IMG/VR virus record: IMGVR_UViG_3300025382_000033
Coordinates: 1-29,924 of that record
From: a virus
Taxonomy: Duplodnaviria > Caudoviricetes
Reading direction: 5' to 3' (one strand)
DNA: 29,924 nt
Made by a program: the position numbers and the translations under genes. This document shows, piece after piece, positions 24,889-29,924 of the stretch. The notes below the pieces were generated by a model. That model saw only the letters and a program-made list of their open reading frames with translations, made no database searches and was not told where the DNA came from. Positions within the stretch are counted from its first letter, which is position 1; every line of letters begins with the position of its first letter.

Positions 24889-25286
24889 TTAAAGAATTCG
24901 TAGACGCATGGTTCGCTCACAAAGACGAACTTGAAGCGCTTTTTAGAAAAAAGCATCCTGATACTTACAGCGATATTTTGCGTGGGGTGATTGACATGAT
25001 GTCAAAAGGAAAAGGACGACATACTCCTGACCCAGAGCGCATCACAACAATTGATCACGGATCGTATTCCGGCACGCTTGTGTACGTGATTGCAGAAACA
25101 GGATACGAACCTAATGTGTACTGGTACGTGCGGATCAGCTATGGTTCGTGCTCAGGATGCGACACGCTCGAGAACTTGCGTGATTACAGCGATAATAAGC
25201 CGACTGACGAGCAGGTCAAAGGCTACATGACTCTGGCTTTACACATCGTGCAACAGCTAAAACAAATGGACGGAGAGGACATATGA
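24885..25286 (+). CDS. Conserved hypothetical phage protein
   Basis: ID.G.Y.GT and YGSCSGCD motifs; GGAGG RBS. Confidence 0.75.
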   Translation: MIKEFVDAWFAHKDELEALFRKKHPDTYSDILRGVIDMMSKGKGRHTPDPERITTIDHGSYSGTLVYVIAETGYEPNVYWYVRISYGSCSGCDTLENLRDYSDNKPTDEQVKGYMTLALHIVQQLKQMDGEDI

Positions 25287-25678
25287 ACGAACGTATAAAA
25301 GAATTAGCTGAACAGGCGAGGCTTCCAGCTTGTCATGCGAGTCATCCTGTAGCGTTTGAACGCTTTGCAGAATTAATCAGGCAGGATGAGCGTGACAAAT
25401 TTACTCAAGACTGCGCTGATGCTGTTGAAGAAGCTAAAAGAAATGAGCGATACATTAAAGAAATGGAACAGCCCGTGCCAAAACAATCGGGAGTGATGTC
25501 AATTACCGTAAGCAAAGTTTGTGAAGCAGACGCATTGCCACCAACTACTAATGCAATTTATTGGATGGACATGGTTGTAAGTAATCTTGTACGTAACGGG
25601 GTTAACAAACATAGAGCAAGAGAACTTGCGTACCATTTTTATACATACACTACACCAACGGAGAATAACAATGGCTAA
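25283..25678 (+). CDS. Hypothetical phage protein (MNERIKELAEQA family)
   Basis: MNERIKELAEQA...FAELIRQDER N-terminus; GAGG RBS. Confidence 0.7.
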   Translation: MNERIKELAEQARLPACHASHPVAFERFAELIRQDERDKFTQDCADAVEEAKRNERYIKEMEQPVPKQSGVMSITVSKVCEADALPPTTNAIYWMDMVVSNLVRNGVNKHRARELAYHFYTYTTPTENNNG

Positions 25679-26006
25679 AGATAACAGCACAGGCAAAGAC
25701 AAAGAATTTTACGAACTTGGTAAAAGATTATTCGATAGTATTCCGTCCACTACGCCACGCCAAAGCAAAATTGAAACAAATCTTAAAGCAGATATTGATT
25801 TTCTCTGGCAGGTAAACAGCGCAGACATTGAAGCCTTGGAGGATGCAAAAGCAACTCTGGAAATACTTAAAAAATCAGCCCCACTTGAATTTGATGACAT
25901 GATTGATGAGTCACTTGTTTTAATTAAAAAAGCGTTAGCTATGAATCACGGTGATTCAATGGAGCGTATTGCAGATGCAGCAATCAGAGCAAGGGGTGTG
26001 AAATGA
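25671..26006 (+). CDS. Hypothetical protein
   Basis: GGAG RBS before ATG 25671; ends in the A.AAIRARG motif. Confidence 0.7.
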   Translation: MAKDNSTGKDKEFYELGKRLFDSIPSTTPRQSKIETNLKADIDFLWQVNSADIEALEDAKATLEILKKSAPLEFDDMIDESLVLIKKALAMNHGDSMERIADAAIRARGVK

Positions 26007-26146
26007 ATGATGACACAATGGCGCAATTGGTAAATTACCCACCGAAAGAAATATTGCATTACTCGGTTAGGGATATTGTTGATGATTGCGGGATTTTGAG
26101 GGAGCGTTACACGATTCCACTCTACGCACTGGAGCAATCGAAATGA
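26003..26146 (+). CDS. Small hypothetical protein (47 aa)
   Basis: Manual translation; ATGA overlaps on both sides. Confidence 0.5.
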   Translation: MNDDTMAQLVNYPPKEILHYSVRDIVDDCGILRERYTIPLYALEQSK

Positions 26147-26268
26147 GTATTGAATCTTTTCTTTTATGGTCATTAGCAGTTTGTGGCATTGGTTTTGTGT
26201 GGGCAGTTGCAGCGTTTGTAATTGTTTATTGGGCAAACGAATTGATTAACAGAATTAAAGGAAAATGA
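26143..26268 (+). CDS. Small single-TM membrane protein
   Basis: GGAG RBS; hydrophobic stretch followed by a basic tail. Confidence 0.6.
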   Translation: MSIESFLLWSLAVCGIGFVWAVAAFVIVYWANELINRIKGK

Positions 26269-26269
26269 A

Positions 26270-26404
26270 ATGACTAAATCAGACGGACTTTTTGCAATGG
26301 CTGCGATCTACGTTGCGCCACGCCTATCCGAAACTATGGGATTATTTTTGTCAGCCTCTTTTTTAATTTTTGCAGTAATTGCGGTTTGGAAGGAATCGAA
26401 ATGA
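26270..26404 (+). CDS. Small hydrophobic membrane protein (44 aa)
   Basis: MTKSDGLFAMAAIYVAPRLSETMGLFLSASFLIFAVIAVWKESK; AAGGA RBS; ATGA overlap with the next gene. Confidence 0.55.
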   Translation: MTKSDGLFAMAAIYVAPRLSETMGLFLSASFLIFAVIAVWKESK

Positions 26405-26757
26405 CTGACAAAGAACTTTTAGATCTTGCGGCTAAAGCTGCGGGGTATACGGTCAATAAATCCCCAATAAGCGGACGGATGTATATCAGTTCTGGTGTAT
26501 CTCAATGGGAGGAATGGAGTCCATTGAACGATGATGCACAAGCTTTGCGCTTGGCTGTGAAGCTAAAGTTAAGTGTCAAACATGGTACTGATATTTTTGA
26601 CGAAACAAACAGCATTTCAGCATTTGCCTATTTCGGCGATGTTGGCGAGTGCGAGTTTTTTCCTCATGGCAATGACCCCTACGCAGCAACACGCAGAGCA
26701 ATCGTGAGAGCAGCGGCAGAGGTCGCCAAAGCAGGAGAATCAAATGAAACAACGTAA
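26401..26757 (+). CDS. Conserved hypothetical phage protein
   Basis: D.ELL.LAAKAAG...W.PL.DD..ALRLAVKL...DPYAATRRAIVRAAAE family pattern. Confidence 0.78.
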   Translation: MTDKELLDLAAKAAGYTVNKSPISGRMYISSGVSQWEEWSPLNDDAQALRLAVKLKLSVKHGTDIFDETNSISAFAYFGDVGECEFFPHGNDPYAATRRAIVRAAAEVAKAGESNETT

Positions 26758-26869
26758 ATGGCGCAAGAGTACATACGTCTGGTGGGTAAAGTCTGGTCGC
26801 ATTATTGATGGCAAAGAAGTTTGGACTGACGCTACATATTATCAATACAGAACAAGGATTAAGCCATGA
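26744..26869 (+). CDS. Small basic aromatic protein (41 aa)
   Basis: MKQRKWRKSTYVWWVKSGRIIDGKEVWTDATYYQYRTRIKP; AGGAG RBS; ATGA overlap. Confidence 0.5.
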   Translation: MKQRKWRKSTYVWWVKSGRIIDGKEVWTDATYYQYRTRIKP

Positions 26870-27702
26870 AAGAATTATTACAGCAAGCATTAACCGTTTT
26901 AAAGGAGTGGGATGCGTTGATTAAACATCAGTACAGCGGCACTAGCGAAGCGATGACTGATATGCAGTACGCAGCATGGAATACGGTGGATGCTATTAAA
27001 GCCCTTGAAGCAGAGTTAGCCAAGCCTGAGCAAGGCGAAGTGGTAGTTACAAAAAACCCTCAAGGTCAGATTGTCGCAGTCACTCGACAATATCGAATTT
27101 TGAAAGTGATCGCTACGTCTGCTAAGACTGAGCAAGATTACATCAAACAATTAGAAGATAACTTTCGCAAACAACTTGATGAATTATCTGAGCGTAACTA
27201 CAAATTGAAATTTGAACTCGCAGATATAAAGTTAGCCAAGATTGAACAATTTAAAGAACCATGCAAAGGTGACTCTTTGAAGTGCGGTCTTATGGGTCAA
27301 GCACTAGTATCCAATCCTGACCAAGCAGAGTACAGCGACATTGTTTCTGATGGTGGACTTGATCCACGCAATAAGTTTGACGCACAGCCTGAGCAAGACC
27401 ACGGCTTTGACCGCACAGCATCACACATGGCGGGTGAGTATGTGGATACTGCGGAGCAAGAGCCTGTTGCGACAGTAACAAAAATTATGCATAACGAAAC
27501 GTATTACGAGGGTTATTTTGATTCTCACATCAAAGTTAAGGTTGGCACAAAGCTCTACACATCACCACCACGCAAGGAGTGGGTTGGACTGACCGATGAG
27601 GAGATCATTTCAGCAGAAGGATTTTTTGACTATATGACTAATGAAGAATTGATTTATGCAGTAAGAGAACTTGAAGCCAAACTAAAGGAGAAGAACACAT
27701 GA
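26866..27702 (+). CDS. Mosaic accessory protein with repeated (A)KPEQ-like junctions
   Basis: LLQQAL..L N-terminus, six PEQ-like motifs, and EPVA...GTKLYT.PP..EWVGLTDEEI...EAKLKEKNT C-terminus. Confidence 0.75.
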   Translation: MKELLQQALTVLKEWDALIKHQYSGTSEAMTDMQYAAWNTVDAIKALEAELAKPEQGEVVVTKNPQGQIVAVTRQYRILKVIATSAKTEQDYIKQLEDNFRKQLDELSERNYKLKFELADIKLAKIEQFKEPCKGDSLKCGLMGQALVSNPDQAEYSDIVSDGGLDPRNKFDAQPEQDHGFDRTASHMAGEYVDTAEQEPVATVTKIMHNETYYEGYFDSHIKVKVGTKLYTSPPRKEWVGLTDEEIISAEGFFDYMTNEELIYAVRELEAKLKEKNT

Positions 27703-27893
27703 ACCGTGATGATGAATTCAGAAAATGGTATGACGAGCGAACCGGAACAAAGTCGGAAGGCTTTGCTTATGACGTATGGTGTGCAGCGTGGGCTCAGGCG
27801 CAGGTAGCAGTAACCGATGCAGAACCAGCCTGTGACTGTCAAAGTCCTACTGCCTGCGAATTCCACGATAAATGCCTCAAGGGGATGAAATGA
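27699..27893 (+). CDS. Small hypothetical protein with Cys-rich tail
   Basis: AAGGAG RBS; ATGA overlaps. Confidence 0.65.
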   Translation: MNRDDEFRKWYDERTGTKSEGFAYDVWCAAWAQAQVAVTDAEPACDCQSPTACEFHDKCLKGMK

Positions 27894-28096
27894 GACTGAA
27901 AGAAGTAACCGTGCTACAAGGCTTCACAAACCGTCAGGAGGCGATTGCGCATAAGAACCTACTGAAAGGTGAGTCCGTGCTCGTAAGCGTCGTAAACGCC
28001 ACTGGCATGCCTGTTACGCCCATCTGCTACTTTATTGTTGCGCAACCAACACTTGACCACATTCAGGAAGTCCTGTTGCAAGAGGAAGAAGAGTAG
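27890..28096 (+). CDS. Small hypothetical protein
   Basis: ATGA overlap; ends at the regulatory gap. Confidence 0.6.
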   Translation: MRLKEVTVLQGFTNRQEAIAHKNLLKGESVLVSVVNATGMPVTPICYFIVAQPTLDHIQEVLLQEEEE

Positions 28097-28122
28097 GTGT
28101 TTTCCCTAGCACGATAAAATAA

Positions 28123-28152
28123 TTGCAATTCGTTAACTTATCGTGCTAATAT
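28123..28152 (+). promoter_or_regulatory. Sigma70-type promoter (extended -10)
   Basis: TTGCAA(28123-28)-N18-TAATAT(28147-52), preceded by TGn. Confidence 0.6.
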
Positions 28153-28204
28153 TCGTATCAGTGGAGTCCGACTCCACCCAACAGCGAATCTAAAAGGAAA
28201 TAAA

Positions 28205-29056
28205 ATGAACACACTCTTGAACATGAAAGACGACCTCGAAGCTCTGGAAGGCGCTTCTATCAAAACCACAACCCTCTTCACCGAGCCTTGCAAGAAGTGC
28301 GCAGGTCGCGGAAAGTTCGTTGGTTACACAGGTCGCGTTGTCGGCAACTGCTTCTCTTGCGGTGGCAAGGGCTTTCACGAATTCAAAACCTTCCCACAGT
28401 ACCGCGAGAAGGCTGCTGTACAGCGCCAAAACAGCGCAGCACGCAAGCAGGAAGAGCTCCAGTCGCAGATCGATGCGTTCGGTGTCGCGCACGCTGAGGA
28501 AATCGTTTGGATTGGTCTGAATAGCTCCAAGTTCGAGTTCGCACAATCTTTGGCACAGGCACTGAACAAGTTCGGTTCGCTCACAGAGAACCAGCTCGCA
28601 GCCGTGCGTCGCTGCATCGAGCGCGACAATATCCGCACAGCAGAGCGTGCTGTAGAGAAGGCAGCACGCATCGAGGCTGCTCCAGTGATCGACATCAGCA
28701 AGATCGAGGTGTCCTTCGCCAAGGCTATCGAGGCAGGCATCAAGCGCCCCAAGCTGCGTCTGGCTGACTTCCGCTTCTCACCAGCTCCAGTGACAGGCAA
28801 CAACGCTGGCGCGATCTACGTCAAGGCAGGCGAGACGTACCTCGGTAAGATTGCAGGCGGCAAGCTCTTCAAGAGCCGCGAGTGCGACGATCAGACCGAA
28901 GGTAATATCTTGGCAGCGGCTGCTGATCCAGAGGCTGCAGCGGTCGCCTACGGTCGCCGCTTCGGTCAGTGCGCGATCTGCTCCCGCGAGCTTACGAATC
29001 AGGAGTCGATTGACCGTGGGATTGGCCCAATCTGCGCCGACAGGTTCGGCTGGTAA
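28205..29056 (+). CDS. Zinc-finger protein with DUF6011-like C-terminus
   Basis: N-terminal CKKC.G.G...CFSC.G.G (DnaJ-type CxxCxGxG) and C-terminal YG...G.C.IC.RELT...S..RGIGPICA. Confidence 0.78.
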   Translation: MNTLLNMKDDLEALEGASIKTTTLFTEPCKKCAGRGKFVGYTGRVVGNCFSCGGKGFHEFKTFPQYREKAAVQRQNSAARKQEELQSQIDAFGVAHAEEIVWIGLNSSKFEFAQSLAQALNKFGSLTENQLAAVRRCIERDNIRTAERAVEKAARIEAAPVIDISKIEVSFAKAIEAGIKRPKLRLADFRFSPAPVTGNNAGAIYVKAGETYLGKIAGGKLFKSRECDDQTEGNILAAAADPEAAAVAYGRRFGQCAICSRELTNQESIDRGIGPICADRFGW

Positions 29057-29060
29057 CGGG

Positions 29061-29078
29061 AGGGGGGAAACCCCCTTT
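29061..29078 (+). terminator. GNRA-loop hairpin / weak terminator
   Basis: AGGGGG-GAAA-CCCCCT followed by TT, just after the stop codon. Confidence 0.6.
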
Positions 29079-29105
29079 GCATTATCGTTTTAGTTAATAT
29101 ATAAT
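29077..29105 (+). promoter_or_regulatory. Sigma70-type promoter
   Basis: TTGCAT(29077-82)-N17-TATAAT(29100-05). Confidence 0.8.
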
Positions 29106-29139
29106 TAACGCTTCAACAGCGAATTTACAAGGAAACACC

Positions 29140-29370
29140 ATGCAATTTCAATCTCGCGTAGCAGGCATCCCCTGCATCATCGATGTAACAGCCCTGAACG
29201 TAGTGGCTGGTCAAGGCTACAGCGCACCGTCGGACATCGATGCGCGTGGCTATGTCGTCTCGTCATTCGAGGTGTGCGACCGTCGCGGTCGTCGTGCTCT
29301 CTGGCTCGAGCGCAAGCTGACTCCAGCAATGATCGCCGCTATTGAATCCGAAATTGCAGAGAGGGCTTAA
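29140..29370 (+). CDS. Conserved hypothetical phage protein
   Basis: RVAGIPC.I.V...SD.D..GY....EVCDRRGR.A.WLERKLT pattern; AAGGA RBS. Confidence 0.78.
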   Translation: MQFQSRVAGIPCIIDVTALNVVAGQGYSAPSDIDARGYVVSSFEVCDRRGRRALWLERKLTPAMIAAIESEIAERA

Positions 29371-29372
29371 TC

Positions 29373-29597
29373 ATGACCTACGGCGAGCTTCACCTGCTGT
29401 TCACCAACAAGTTCAAGAACTACAGCGTAGAAGCCTGCGCTGCAGCTATGAAGGACGCATACGAGACGCTCGAATGCTTCCGCGACAAATCGACCGACGA
29501 CCCGTATTACATCAAGCTCTGGGCGGAGATCGATGCCTTACGCGAGCGCCAGCTCAAACTTTCAAAACGCAATTCAAACAACGCACTGGAGATTTAA
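29373..29597 (+). CDS. Hypothetical phage protein
   Basis: GAGG RBS; Y..KLW.EIDA.R motif. Confidence 0.7.
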   Translation: MTYGELHLLFTNKFKNYSVEACAAAMKDAYETLECFRDKSTDDPYYIKLWAEIDALRERQLKLSKRNSNNALEI

Positions 29598-29598
29598 A

Positions 29599-29901
29599 AT
29601 GAAGACAAAAGTATGGTTGACCGAGACGGGTCGTCATTATGTCAAAATGAACGAGCTTCACACGCCAGAGGCACAGGAGTGGTTTAATTTTGGCGAGGGA
29701 TACGAGAATATGGGTTACACAGCTATCGGTGAGGCTGAGATGACAATCAGCTTTTATGACGCATCTACGATTACCAAGTTGGCAGTCGAGGCGATCAAAA
29801 CAGAGATCGAAGAGGTCAAGGCATCGTCGACCGCCAAGATCACAAGCCTGCAGGAAAAGATCAACCAAATCCTCGCGATCACAAACGAGGTGGATGCATG
29901 A
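29599..29901 (+). CDS. Hypothetical protein with coiled-coil C-terminus
   Basis: GGAG RBS before ATG 29599; the next ORF begins at 29898 and runs off the window. Confidence 0.7.
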   Translation: MKTKVWLTETGRHYVKMNELHTPEAQEWFNFGEGYENMGYTAIGEAEMTISFYDASTITKLAVEAIKTEIEEVKASSTAKITSLQEKINQILAITNEVDA

Positions 29902-29924
29902 GCAGGCTGGCAGATATTGTATGG

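Noticed and set aside
27019-27460. Repeat-spacer pattern as a mini-CRISPR or DGR
   Set aside because: The repeats are degenerate, in frame within a CDS and irregularly spaced; there is no reverse transcriptase or adenine-specific TR/VR pair.
1-29924. Alternative genetic code or stop-codon reassignment
   Set aside because: Genes tile densely under the standard code, and TAA, TGA and TAG all act as stops at sensible gene ends.
1-29924. tRNA/rRNA genes, integrase, att sites, terminase, major capsid
   Set aside because: None recognised; intergenic gaps are short and lack cloverleaf signatures. Head and packaging genes presumably lie outside the window.

Overview
A 29.9 kb segment of a tailed dsDNA bacteriophage with podovirus-like architecture. 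The host is probably a freshwater Betaproteobacterium; this is inferred from gene-family style only. Bases 1-13.2 kb (+) form the late region: end of a Gly-rich tail-fibre gene, small virion genes, a lysis cassette (holins and a GH19 endolysin), a head-tail adaptor, a fibre protein, a P22 gp10-like nozzle and four ejection/internal proteins, with an HNH gene inserted among them. A terminator at about 13.23 kb separates this from a leftward operon (SSB-like protein, HNH-like protein, 3'-5' exonuclease). That operon and a rightward Cro-like gene share one symmetric bidirectional promoter at 16.1 kb. The rightward arm carries a ParB-like protein, SF2 helicase, Toprim primase, RuvC-like resolvase, HNH-AP2, a Ref-like nuclease and many small accessory genes. 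The standout is at 22.6-24.3 kb. A C5-cytosine methyltransferase homologue has Arg in place of the conserved motif X Asn, the position whose Asn-to-Lys change turns such enzymes into carboxymethyltransferases. It is translationally coupled to a CmoA-like (carboxy-SAM synthase family) gene and also contains a nested +1-frame ORF resembling the EcoHK31I beta subunit. Together these suggest a self-contained DNA cytosine carboxymethylation (or related non-methyl alkylation) system. All family assignments come from motif recognition by eye; no database searches were run.
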